Shown here piece by piece: positions 10,310-21,035 of a DNA stretch of 64,000 nucleotides (positions are counted from its first letter, which is position 1; each line of letters starts with the position of its first letter). This DNA comes from an uncultured Nitrososphaerota archaeon (GTDB lineage: Archaea > Thermoproteota > Nitrososphaeria > Nitrososphaerales > Gagatemarchaeaceae), in assembly GCA_963718895.1 (NCBI GenBank), contig CAVRAG010000007.1, positions 768,001 to 832,000 on the forward strand. The letters run 5' to 3'. The notes beneath the pieces were generated by a model. That model was not told where the DNA came from and did no database searches. It saw only the letters and a list, made by a program, of their open reading frames with translations. A program made the position numbers and the translations under genes.

Positions 10310-10903
10310 TCAGGGCAGGAGTCCCGGGATGTTGGTCGAGGTTACTTGCAGGTCGATCGTCGGAAAGTTGCCGAGTGTGAGGTTGAGGGCGACCGGGGGC
10401 AATCCGAGCCGGTAGAAGTAAGCAGTTGTGAGCAGCTGGGCATCCGCGGTCTCGAAGGAGTCGGCCGTCACCGACATCACCTTCCCCTGGACAACTTGAG
10501 TAGTCGAGTATTGACCCGCGATGGCGTCTTTTCCAGTGAGAAAGAAGGTCGAACCATGGTTCAATCCCGGAGTGACCCAATCTACTCGGTGGTTGCTGAT
10601 TGGCGCTCCATTGCCGACGGTCACGTTGTCCATGGATAGGACCTCGGCCTTGGTCGAGTTCATGGCGAGGACGCGGATTGCGTACGTCATCGTGACAGAG
10701 GAGCCATCGACGCTTGTTGTCCCTGAATATACCACTTCCGCACCCGGGACCACCCAGGACGGGAGCCCCTTGGTCTCTCCGGTCGCAAATCCCGAAGTCG
10801 GGGCCATGGCAAGCAGGAAGATCGCGGCCAAGACCGCTGAGACGCCGACGATGAGAATGATGAGGCGCGTCCTGCGGCTTGGGCGCGAGTGTTTCGTCCT
10901 CAT
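10310..10903 (-). CDS. N-terminally anchored extracellular protein
   Basis: Basic N-terminus followed by TM LIILIVGVSAVLAAIFLLAM; PSWVVPGAEVVYSG starts a beta-rich body; probable start 10903. Confidence 0.7.
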   Translation of the reverse strand: MRTKHSRPSRRTRLIILIVGVSAVLAAIFLLAMAPTSGFATGETKGLPSWVVPGAEVVYSGTTSVDGSSVTMTYAIRVLAMNSTKAEVLSMDNVTVGNGAPISNHRVDWVTPGLNHGSTFFLTGKDAIAGQYSTTQVVQGKVMSVTADSFETADAQLLTTAYFYRLGLPPVALNLTLGNFPTIDLQVTSTNIPGLLP

Positions 10904-11101
10904 GAGCTGAGAGAGCGGGCGCTCTAATAACGACCACGGAGTGGGATTCTGGTTACGGCAGGGTTGCCGCTTAAATCGGCCGATGCAGTATGACGGCATG
11001 TCCACGGGAGTCGCAAAGTTAGCCTACGAGGATGTTCCTGCCTCGGAAATCACAAGGCAGACGCACTCGGTACCGGTTCAGACCTCGTTAGGTGGAAACC
11101 A

Positions 11102-11518
11102 ATGACAGGTGACGACGAGATCCCCCGGTTGAGGAGGACCTACAGGTACGAAGTCAGAGTGACTGGGGTAGGGAGGGAAGTCTCAATCCTGTTTACCAAC
11201 GAAATCGCGACAGACGACTCTACGTTGACTCTCGATCCCGTAGAGATAGTCAATAACCACAGGCTGTACACACTGAAAGACAAACGCGCATCTATCCGTT
11301 GGCCAGGGTGGTCGAGATCAAGCTCCGCGGGAACAACCCGGAACGCAGTCAAGCCACAGCGAGCGCGGAAGACGCAGAGGAGACCGCTGAGGCAACAGCC
11401 ATCGCGAACTCGTGGTGCGGTCGATGATGTCGAGGCGGTCCCAAGAGGTCTTCGTGGCGACCCTGCCGTCTGCGGGTTCCTGAGGCGACCCCCCCGGAGG
11501 AACAGAAATGGTAATTGA
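11102..11518 (+). CDS. Hypothetical protein (3' half probably frameshifted)
   Basis: Preceded by aggtgg; first ~65 aa look globular, the rest looks off-frame. Confidence 0.4.
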   Translation: MTGDDEIPRLRRTYRYEVRVTGVGREVSILFTNEIATDDSTLTLDPVEIVNNHRLYTLKDKRASIRWPGWSRSSSAGTTRNAVKPQRARKTQRRPLRQQPSRTRGAVDDVEAVPRGLRGDPAVCGFLRRPPRRNRNGN

Positions 11519-11821
11519 CCTCTTCATGGCTCTTCTGAACGCCACCCTAGGGTTCGCCGCGGGGTTTTCGCAGGCCTCGTCGCCTTTGAGCTGGCCAAGC
11601 ACAGCGGCGGGAGGCTGAGCGAGAGGTTCGCGATGCTCGCAGCCCTCCTCGGCTTGCTAGTCGGGACCGGCTTCGGCGTTGCCCTCTTCGGTGGTCCACC
11701 AAGCCCGACTCCGGTCTGGTTGGCGGTTTCTGGCGCCGACGGGTCGCCGCTTCTGGGGTACGGATCGCAGTGGTACACCTACGTCGCCATCCGGAAGCAC
11801 CCCGAGCGATACACAGACTAG
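11508..11821 (+). CDS. Small membrane protein (frameshifted)
   Basis: MVIDLFMALLNATLGFAAGF continues in another frame as AGLVAFELAK...FAMLAALLGLLVGTGFGVALFGG. Confidence 0.5.
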
Positions 11822-11873
11822 CGTGGACCAGGGCAACTGAGAGGCGGCATAACTTGGGTGTGAGAGGGACGAC

Positions 11874-11980
11874 ATGAAGGCGAATCACGGGTACAAAGTG
11901 TATGCCTCAATCCGTCACGTTCCGGAAGCGTCCGCGAAGGCGAACCTGATTCTTGTCACGGACAGCGGGGGCACTTCAAA
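11874..11980 (+). pseudogene. Truncated paralog of 9143..9427
   Basis: YKVYASIRHVPEASAKANLILVTDSGG versus YKVYASISHVPEERSVKADLILVTNGEG; similarity stops where the low-GC block begins. Confidence 0.7.
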
Positions 11981-11991
11981 TGGCGTTGCCT

Positions 11992-12978
11992 CTATGATTC
12001 CCGCGATAGCTTGTACATCGAGTCGACCAACTCATACATCCCCTCTGTCTTCCGAATCAAGCGCATGTTGATGAGCGAGTCAATTGACCTTTGCAGGCTT
12101 TTGTCATCCGGCGTTGATCCATAGTAAGCACTGCTAAGGGCCTTCAGTTCTTTCCAAGTACATCGCTTTTCGAATGATGAAATGGCTTTCATGATTGAAA
12201 GTTCGAGTGGACCGAGACTCTTCAGCTCGTCGTTTAGGACGTGCTTAGCGTTGTCCTTGACTTCGAAAAGGGATTTCTCGTGGCTGATTCCCTGGCTCCT
12301 TTTCGCGCCGTAGAAGGATAACCATCCCGGAATGCCGCTGAATGTCTCTGTAGCTTCTGTGATTTCCTGCTCCGAAGATTTGACTTTGCATATGCGAAAC
12401 CCCTTCTGGAGGAAATCTCTGCTTGTGGAGGAATTGAAGGGTTCCAGTTCTATCTGTTGAGTTGGTCTACCAAGCATTGATGGATCGTTGGACAGTCGCT
12501 TAATCATGCCGGTTGCTGATCCCGAGAATAAGAACTTCGCTTTGGATTCATTGTACGCTACTGAAAGCAGTTTTGGAAAGGTTGGATCGTTGATGTTCTG
12601 GATTTCGTCCAGAGCAATTGTGACTTCTGGGAGATTCCTGAGGAATTGTTCGAGTGTTCTTACCGGTTTCTTCTCGAATTCAGCTTTGACTAGTTTCAGG
12701 TCTAATGTGATTTTGGCTTTTACCTTTGCACTTACCAGGTCTATTATCCGGTTGCCAAGATCGGGGATTGCTAGGCAGGTTGAACTGTCGATGAATACGC
12801 CGTTTCTTTCCTTGGTTATCGTCTTTAGGATCGATGTCTTTCCGATTCTTTTCGGTCCTATTACGAGTACCCAGAAGCCGGCATCTAGTTGTTTTGTGAT
12901 GTTCGTTAGCTCTGCGTCTCGCCCATACATGAGATTCCTGTTTTCCTTTGGGCGAGTGTCAAAGTATGGACATGGCAA
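11992..12978 (-). CDS. Archaeal AAA+/P-loop ATPase with C-terminal winged helix
   Basis: YFDTRPK..LMYGRDAEL, Walker A GPKRIGKTS, Walker B IALDEIQ, FSGIPGWL, wHTH-like LQRSIDSLINMRLIRK..GMYELVD; probable TTG start 12978. Confidence 0.9.
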   Translation of the reverse strand: MPCPYFDTRPKENRNLMYGRDAELTNITKQLDAGFWVLVIGPKRIGKTSILKTITKERNGVFIDSSTCLAIPDLGNRIIDLVSAKVKAKITLDLKLVKAEFEKKPVRTLEQFLRNLPEVTIALDEIQNINDPTFPKLLSVAYNESKAKFLFSGSATGMIKRLSNDPSMLGRPTQQIELEPFNSSTSRDFLQKGFRICKVKSSEQEITEATETFSGIPGWLSFYGAKRSQGISHEKSLFEVKDNAKHVLNDELKSLGPLELSIMKAISSFEKRCTWKELKALSSAYYGSTPDDKSLQRSIDSLINMRLIRKTEGMYELVDSMYKLSRES

Positions 12979-12983
12979 AGATA

Positions 12984-13127
12984 ACCCTCGCCAGTAGCTG
13001 GCGTGGGTAGATGAGAAAAGAGTTTTGATTGGATACAAGAATGGAATCTAGGAATGTCAGAATGTAGGGGACTTTGCAGTAGTTGGTACTTGTAGTAGTT
13101 ACCCTCGCCAGTAGCTGGCGTGGGTAG
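12984..13127. repeat. Two identical 27-bp palindromic direct repeats (12984..13010, 13101..13127)
   Basis: ACCCTCGCCAGTAGCTGGCGTGGGTAG twice, separated by 90 bp; dyad ACCC-T-CGCCAG-TAG-CTGGCG-T-GGGT. Confidence 0.9.
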
Positions 13128-13325
13128 GGGAATTGGCATATTGAATTTGAAGAGTCGTATGAGGTCCAGGAGTGAAAAAGAATGGATCGCAATCCGAGCG
13201 ATTTCCAGAACATGACAGGAATTGAACTTGGTGTTTCCGTGGTTCCGACTCTGGGATGAAATGACTTGACCTCAGTGATAAGATTGACGATGGCGATGGT
13301 GGACGATTTGAAACCTGGTCATTGC

Positions 13326-13358
13326 AAAAATTGTGATTTATAGTTGGCACTATAAACC
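13326..13358 (-). terminator. Hairpin plus U-tract downstream of the candidate ncRNA
   Basis: GGUUUAUAGU-GCCA-ACUAUAAAUC followed by ACAAUUUUU on the minus strand. Confidence 0.5.
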
Positions 13359-13359
13359 G

Positions 13360-13563
13360 GGGCCACCCCGCTCTGCACAACCCTGGCTTTACGCCTCCGG
13401 GCATGTCAAGCATCCACGAGCCTCCATGCCAACACGATTAACGCTCCCAGCATGGAAGACATGAGCCGGAACCTCACATCCTTCCTTCACTACCGGAACC
13501 GTAGCGGCCTTGTCGAACCACGGATGTTGCTAAACAGCTCATGTGGGGATAGGGGTAACTATC
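13360..13563 (-). ncRNA. Candidate structured non-coding RNA, family not recognised
   Basis: Several nested stems with G-U pairs valid only on the minus strand; TTTATAAC box (13594..13587) about 24 nt upstream of the closing stem; no convincing ORF. Confidence 0.5.
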
Positions 13564-13779
13564 GAGATTCGATCCACCAAGGGCATGTTATAAACTATAC
13601 CGATGGTATCCAATCATCAAAACTCCGAAGTCATGCAAATCAGGTAATCTAGGTAGCCATAACACTTGGATCTCCAGCTCCAGTAGGCTGGGTTAACGAG
13701 TAGTCGCCGGCCTAGATGGGAAGAATGCGAAGGAGGTCAGACATGAATACGCGGTTAGTGGGAGCTAATCGGCTTTCAG

Positions 13780-16700
13780 TTAGACGTCCTTGGTCTTCAG
13801 ACTTCGCTCGATTAGTTCTTGTTCGTCTTCTCCGACGTCATATAGTTTGTAAACTGCTTCATCCAACTCATTCTCAATCACACTGATTCCACTCTTCAAG
13901 TCCCTAAGTTCAGCCTGATTATCCGTCAAGTATCTCTCCCAATCGTCCTGTTCGTCGAGTTTCATCCTCCGCCTTGCTGCTCCTTCAATCTCACGGCGGA
14001 CATCTTTGAACAAGAGTCCAGTTATATCCTCCAAGTTCCTAGGAATTCCTATTCCGAAATTATCAGCAATCCGACGGAGAATTCTGTCTTTCACCCCATA
14101 ATACTCTGGATATAGTCTTGAAAGTCTCTCCGCCAGTCCTGCAATATTCGATTGTTCAGTCATCGAAATGTTCTTCACAGGGAGGCTTCGAATCTCAGCA
14201 AGTGTGGTCTGTCTAAAATCATCTTTCAAAGCGATGGATGATTTCTTGGTGTACAGAAACGAGAACAACTTAGAATTCAGTAACAGCGAGAATGTAGAAT
14301 GGGTTGAACTTGCCCGAGTAGTCCTGTGTGATTACGAACGGGTTGAAATCCTTATTCGTTATTATTCCTGAGTCTTCATGGAAAGCCATAAGGCGATTCT
14401 GGCGATTCACAATTCTTCTTACCAGGATTTTCGGTTGTGTGTACAAGTGCTGAATACTCTTTGCCTTACGAAAGTCAATGAAGGCGGAAGACTTGATGAA
14501 GAAACGGTATCTATTGGCGTCGGCCTCGAGTAAGAAACGGGAATGGTCTTCCGACATATTAGGACTTTGATACAGGAAACTTACTCGTGACGATTCCTTG
14601 ACAGGAATCAGTGAGAGGAGGACCAAGTTCTATACTTCCCTTCCGAACTTCTTCCAAGATTTCGTATGTGCTATCGTTCGCGAAGACCTTGAGGTTTGGT
14701 TCAAGAAGAACTCTCCTCGTCTTCACGCATTCAGAATTCTCAACCTCGATAGCAGTGATTTTCTCGTCCTTCTCGTATTCGTGTGCAAGGAATGATTCAC
14801 TCTCCTTATTGTTCCTAAATACGACTATTCCAGTATCTACGTATGCATCCGGGAAGACGTCAAAGGGCAGGTTCACCAAGTTTCGCAAGCTTACTTTCTT
14901 GTCCACGAATAGCATCTTGCGAAAGGTGAAGTAGTTGTCCCCAGTCTGCCATGTCAGAGGCATGATGAATCCAATGAAGCCTCCTTCCTTTATTAGGTCG
15001 AGAGCTTTTTCAACAAAAATGACCGGAGGTATCGTACTTTCTGAAAATGCCATCGTAGTTAGCCACGTAGTGGCTGCTTCGTCGTCCTCCATTTCCTCCA
15101 GCGGAATGTATGGTGGATTCGAAATGACAACATCAAAGCGACCTCCAATCTCCTTGAACTCATTCTCCCCAGTCGAACCCTTTTCCATGAGTAATCTCTT
15201 TGTCGAGGATGATACTATTTCCAATCCGGATGTTCTGAGACAGGTCGATAAGTTTTCGATTAGTACTTGCTATCTTCAAGAACAAACTCAGTTTTGTAAT
15301 CTCGACCGATTCTTCGTTCACATCCACCCCAAAAATATTGTTTTCAACGATTCTCCTCGCCTCCTCCTCCTCCTCCCACTTCTTGAGCGAGTAGAATTAG
15401 GTCGGAGGGGAGTTCTTTCTTGTTCCTGTCTTCACAAGAGTATATTCGCCTTTCAATTCCTTGAATGCTCTAATCTCTTTGTGAACGTCCAAGAGTATGT
15501 CCACCGCCTTGATTAGGAACGCTCCACTCCCACAAGCTAATCTACAATATTAAGGGCCTTGAATCTCTTCTCCAGCGAATTAATATCGTCAGAATACTCT
15601 TCAATCAGCTCAGAAATCGTAGTTGTCCCGTTCCTTGAAAGGGCAGGTATTATCGTATTCCTGCATATGTAATCGGTCACAAAGTCTTCGGTATAGTAGA
15701 TTCCTCCCTTCTCCTCCTTGAAAACCTCACTTCACCTTGAATCTCCTCCAAATCCGTAAGTGATTGTTCGAAGATGTGCCCCAGTATCTTCACATCAACT
15801 TCAGACTGAAAATCAAATGATGACAAGAATAGGAGATTGCCGATGATGGGAATCAGTCTACTCCTGAATCGCTTCATTACTAACTGGGAAATCTCATCTA
15901 ACTTCATTTCATTCTTCAGATTGGAGTGTTGGAGAATATCTCTGAAATAGGAATTGCTCCTGATATCCCTAAAAAAGACGTTCGGAGGAATCTTCTCTCC
16001 AAACAAGCCACCGTTGAATCCGAATATCTCGATTGGAGACTTGGAACCCTTGTCCAACCTCTCGAACAAGTTCGAAATCGTATCAGATGCGTATAGCGAG
16101 TATTCTGACACTATAGCGGGATTCAGACTCTCAAGAATTGACTCTGAGAAGATTCTGCGTTTGATATTGCCTGTCCCTTGAGCGAAGAACATGAAGTTCA
16201 TTCGGTTGAGGAAGAGCTGGGCGTAGTGTAACGATTCTTGGTGACTTATTTTACCATTCTCTTCGAACTCCCGGAGCAACATTAGCCTCGTTTCATGATA
16301 AAGTTTGTAGAATTCGCCCGTGAAGAGTCTCTCTTCTATTGAAGACTCGTAAAGTAACTTCGGTATGAAGTCCCGATCTATTATGCTTTCCTTTGAGAAG
16401 ATTGAAATGAACTCCCTCAGTTTCTCGTCAATTCCTCTGGTGCTCAGGAAGTCAAAGAGGTGATCACACAATACCCCTTGGCCTTGTCAATTAGGACAAA
16501 GTACTGGTAGTTTGTGGCTATACCATAATCGAAGTTGCCACTTCCCATGTAGTTCCAAGTTTGCGTTATGGGAGTCTTGTGTTCGGGCTTCTCTCTACTT
16601 TGCTCAGCGAATACGTGAGCAGTGGCCGTTCCTTTAGCCTCGATGCAGACCCCTCCTTCTCCTGAGGGGTTCCTGAAACTAAACTCTACGTTGCCTCCTC

Positions 16701-16895
16701 AAAATCCAAGTCCTCGGTCACTGAATATCCAAGAACACCTTGAAGAATCAGTACAGCGAACTTCAGGTAGTTTCTCTCCTCCCGCTCAATTTCGCCGGAT
16801 CTAAGGAGATATATCCACTTCTGAGCATTGAACTTTTGTTTTAGAGTTGGCTTGATGGCTGAGCTCATCCTCGCAATAGTTCGAGGGTTGAACAA
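13780..16895 (-). CDS. Type IIG (Eco57I/TaqI-C-like) restriction-modification enzyme (many apparent frameshifts)
   Basis: Fragments in order: CIEAKG nuclease, FNGGLF, VKILGHIFEQS, YTEDFVTDYI, ACGSGAFL, IFGVDVN, VISNPPY, FPDAYVDT, KILVRRI specificity region, LDEAVYKLY C-terminus. Confidence 0.9.
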
Positions 16896-16927
16896 GGCCT
16901 CGTCGCTAAGGGTCGAATGCCATCAGG

Positions 16928-17900
16928 CTACAGGAAGTCCCCGATATTTTGAGCTTTCTTCGCTAGCTCAAGCTTCGTGTATACAGGACTCCGGGGCACG
17001 ACTCCCCTTCTTCCCTCCTCGGCCGTCAGTTTAAGCGGCTTGGGTAGTTGTTCTCTTGTATTGAGGATAATCTGGAATTTCCCAGAGTCCTTATAGGGCC
17101 TTATCGTCTTAACGGTGCCTATCCATCGGATTGAGGAAATGGGCAGCTTGATAGTACATGGCCACATACTTGATTTGTGGGATGATAGAGGGAGACATTA
17201 AAATACATACCACATGTTCTCGCCTAGGAATGTTTCTTCAATCCCTTTTTGTTAGCCGGACAAACTATGGTATCGACATCAGCGATATTCCTCACCCCCT
17301 TTGACACTGAAGCCTTGATTTCTTCCTGGAACTCCGAGAACTGATAAGCGACCACACCTTCTTAAGTGAAGTGAATTTCCTCAGCTCAATAATGTCCGGT
17401 TGAGTCGCAAGTTGGCGGAGCACAAAATTCAGGTCCTCAGAGATCTTTTCGTCTATTATGACTATGAACCCATAGTCATTATCAAACACAACGCCATCCC
17501 AGAGATATGAGAAGTTAGGGTAGTGACCTTGCATTAAGGCGCTTACTGCTTCTGAGATTTTTGTATTATTCTTGATTTCTTCTAACAAGACACTCTTAAG
17601 TCGTCGAGACCCGGTGTTGAAGGAGCTTACGAGAATCGCCATAGTTGCAAGCCGATGTCCTCATCAACATCATCAGGATGAGATTTCGTTTTCTATCACA
17701 TAGAGCTTTGGACGTCCGCTTGAGAAACTGATTACATAACCGTCTGGAATCGATGCAATATCACCCTTCTGGGAGTTCACTTTCCTCTTTATGTCAAGGT
17801 AGACCGAATCCTCACCAAAGATGAGGTGACTATTCTCGACCACTACTCTCTCAAGCTCTTCCTCCTTAGAATTCTGCGCTTTGAAATAGTCTTCCTTCAA
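16928..17900 (-). CDS. PD-(D/E)XK-like nuclease with C-terminal putative reader domain (frameshifted)
   Basis: EEELE..IPDGY..LYVIENE N-terminus; C-terminus DTIVCPA..EETFLGENMWY..IKYVAMY..PISSIRWIG..PYKDSGKF..PRSPVYT. Confidence 0.65.
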
Positions 17901-18016
17901 CGAGGAGCCGGCTCATGTCTCTCGTGCGGCAGAGTAGAGACGACCAAGATAAGGCCAGTTGTTCGTAAAACGTTATAACCATCGCGCCTCGGACGGGTTC
18001 GAAGCAGGAATAGGTT

Positions 18017-20208
18017 ATGCCGAAGTTCAAGTCGACAACAGAAGCGCTCAAAATCGTCCACGATAGGGAACACATACGCAACCTAGGGATCATCGCCCAC
18101 GTCGACCACGGGAAAGACGACCGACCTCTGACTCCCTTTTGGCGGCTGCGGGATGCTTTCACCCTCCGTTGCCGGCCAAGCGTTAGCTTTGGACTACATG
18201 GAGCTGGAACAGACAGACAGATGACGATCAAGGCAGCGAACGTCACTTTGTACTACGAAGAGGATAACAGCCGTATGTAATCAATCTAATCGATACGCCG
18301 GGCCACATCGACTTCACCGGGAAAGTAACGAGGTCGTTTGAGGGCCGTTGACGGCGCAATCGTCGTCGTAGACAGCGTCGAGGGGGTAATGACCCAGACC
18401 GAGACTGTCACCAGGCAAGCGCTCGAAGAACGGGTCCGTCCGGTCTTATACATCAATAAAATCGACCGTTTGATAAAAGAGCTTCGATTAGCGCCCGAAA
18501 CGATGCAGGAGTGGCTCTTCAACATCGTCAAGGACTTCAACCGCCTCATCGACACGTACGCGGAGCCGGAGTACAAGGAGAAGTGGAAGGTGACGGTCGC
18601 GGACGGGCAGGTCGCCTTCGGCTCGTCCAAGGACAAGTGGGGCTTCAACTTCGGTCATGGCCAAGAAGGTCGGGCATGTCGTTCAAGGACATCATCGACG
18701 CCTACCAGACGAAGGGCCCGAGGAGCTGGGCAAGAAGCTCCCGCTCCACGAGGCGCTCCTCGGCATGGTCGTCAAGCACCACCCGCCGCCCCACGTGGCG
18801 CAGGCGTACCGCATCCCCAAGATCTGGCAGGGCGACCTCAACAGCGACGTGGGCAAGTCGCTGCTGGCCTGCGACGAGAACGGCCCGATGGTCATGATGG
18901 TCACGAACGTCGTCGTCGACCCGGCCGCGGGGCTTGTGGGCGTCGGCAGGCTCTTCTCCGGCACCGTCACCAACGGCGACCCGGTCTACCTCCTCAACTC
19001 GAAGAAGGAGGGCAAGATCCAGTCGGTCCAGCTATTCATGGGCTTCCAGAGGGAGATAGTCGACTCGCTCCCGGCGGGCAACATCCCCGCGCTGCTCGGG
19101 CCTCGACATCCGGTCCGGCGAGACGATATCGACGCTCAAGGACGTCGTCCCGTTCGAGTCGATACACTACGTCTGCGAGCCGGTCGTGACGACGGCGGTC
19201 GAGGCGAAGCACCCGAGGGACCTCCCCAAGCTCGTCGAGGCGATGCGCAGGCTCAACATCGAGGACCCGAACCTCATCATCACCATCAACCAGGAGTCCG
19301 GCGAGACGCTGATGGCCGGCATGGGCGTGCTGCACCTCGAGATAGCGACGACGATGCTCCAGCAGCAGGGGCTCGAGATAATCACCTCGCCGCCCATCAT
19401 CAACTACAGGGAGGCGGTCAGGCCGGTCGGCGGGCCCGATAATGTCGCGCTCCCCGAACAGGCACAACAAGATATTCATCAAGGTCGAGCCGCTCGACCC
19501 GCACATCGTCGAGCTCATCAGCAACGGCACCTCAACGAGATGACGGACAAGAAGGGCATCCAGAAGACGCTGAGGGACAACGGCTGGACCTCGGACGAGG
19601 CGAAGTCCGTGGTCGGCATCGACCCGAAGGGCAACATGCTCACGGAGGAGACCAAGGGAGTCCAGTACCTGCAGGAGTCGATGGACTCCATCAGGGCGGG
19701 CTTGGAGGACATCATGAAGAACGGGCCGCTCGCCTACGAGATCTGCAGGGGCATCAAGGTCACGCTGACCCACTACGTCCCGCACGAGGACCCGGCGCAC
19801 AGGACCTACGCGCAGCTGATGCCGGCGACGAGGAGGGCCATGCTCGGGGCGATGCTGATGGCGAACCCGACGCTGCTGGAGCCGATCCTCGGGATAGAGG
19901 TGAAGGGGCCGGGCGACCTCATCGGTGCAATCACGGGCGTCATCAGCGCCAAGAGGGGCAAGCTCATCAACGTCGAGCAGAGGGAGGTCGTGACGATAAT
20001 CCAGGGCGAGATCCCGGCGTCGGAGACCTTCGACCTGTCGCAGGTCATGAGGGGCGCGACGGCGGGCAAGGCGACCTGGAACACCAGCTTCAAGCTCTGG
20101 CAGTCGGTCCCGACGAACATGCTCCTGCCGCTGGTCACGGAGACGAGGAAGAGGAAGGGCCTGTCGCCGGAGCCGCCGACCCCGTCAGAGTTCATCGACA
20201 AGGAGTAG
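18017..20208 (+). CDS. fusA: Archaeal translation elongation factor 2 (apparent frameshifts)
   Basis: [65 protein letters not shown]. Confidence 0.97.
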
Positions 20209-20847
20209 GCGTGCCAGGCGCCCACAAGGCGCTGAAAGATAGGATAGCGTGGCTGTGGCGGAAGAAATGGCCGTCCAGCCTCTCTCCGGCTCTTCCGCCG
20301 CAACCGCGCCGGGTCCCTCGGCTCAGATGATCGATTCCGCCCTTTCCGGACTTTCAATCAGGACACATTGTCTTGGATGGAATTCTGGAGTACTCAGTCT
20401 GGTCGCAATGTCGATGAAGTTCAGAGTGAAGATATCCAAGGGAGACAAAGTTCTATGCTCGCGAGGGTCCCTGAACTCGAGAGGTCCCACCCAGGAAGGG
20501 CGAGGGACGAAGGAAAGCATCTAGTCAGTCTATGAGTTGGTTGGGGCAACGCAGCGCGACGAGGCTGAATCTCCTCTCGCTTGGTTCGCGGCACGACGAC
20601 GAGCCGAGGTTTAACCTCCTCTTCCAGATGGACAATCTTCCAGTTGGCACTGTATGCTACGAAAAGCACGGAGTTAATGGTGCTGTCGATAAGTTTCCAC
20701 ACCCGGTTCATTTCAATCCTCTCTTGCGGAGCCACGTTGCCATACCGGTGGGCGAAATCGATGTGGCTTTATGGCTTTGGCTTTGAACGGGTTCAGTCGT
20801 CGAACTCGAGTATGACCTGACGTGCGACAAGACCCGGGTGCGATGGT

Positions 20848-21035
20848 GTGCAGTTGAATCCGTTCCTCGACGGGAACAAGAGGATGGCGTTCGCGTCGGC
20901 GGCTGCCATACTGAGACTGGAGGGTTTCGAGGTGGTCGCCTCTGACGATGACGCAGTCAGGTTCATGCTAGAGATGGCAGCGAATAAGCTCACACTCGCC
21001 CACGTGTCCGCCTGGCTGAAGGATAGGCCTAGAGT
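20848..21035 (+). pseudogene. C-terminal half of a Doc/Fic toxin
   Basis: LNPFLDGNKRMAF matches HPFxDGNKR with His replaced by Asn; N-terminal half absent. Confidence 0.7.

Noticed and set aside
12984-13127. Mini CRISPR array
   Set aside because: Only two repeats, a 90-bp spacer, no cas genes, and the position fits operators
13360-13563. RNase P or SRP RNA identity for the structured region
   Set aside because: It lacks the GAGGAAAGUCC-type conserved region of RNase P and the helix-8 GGAAG..AGCAG motif of SRP
20249-20820. Short ORFs downstream of fusA
   Set aside because: Overlapping ORFs on both strands with no motif, so the coding frame cannot be determined
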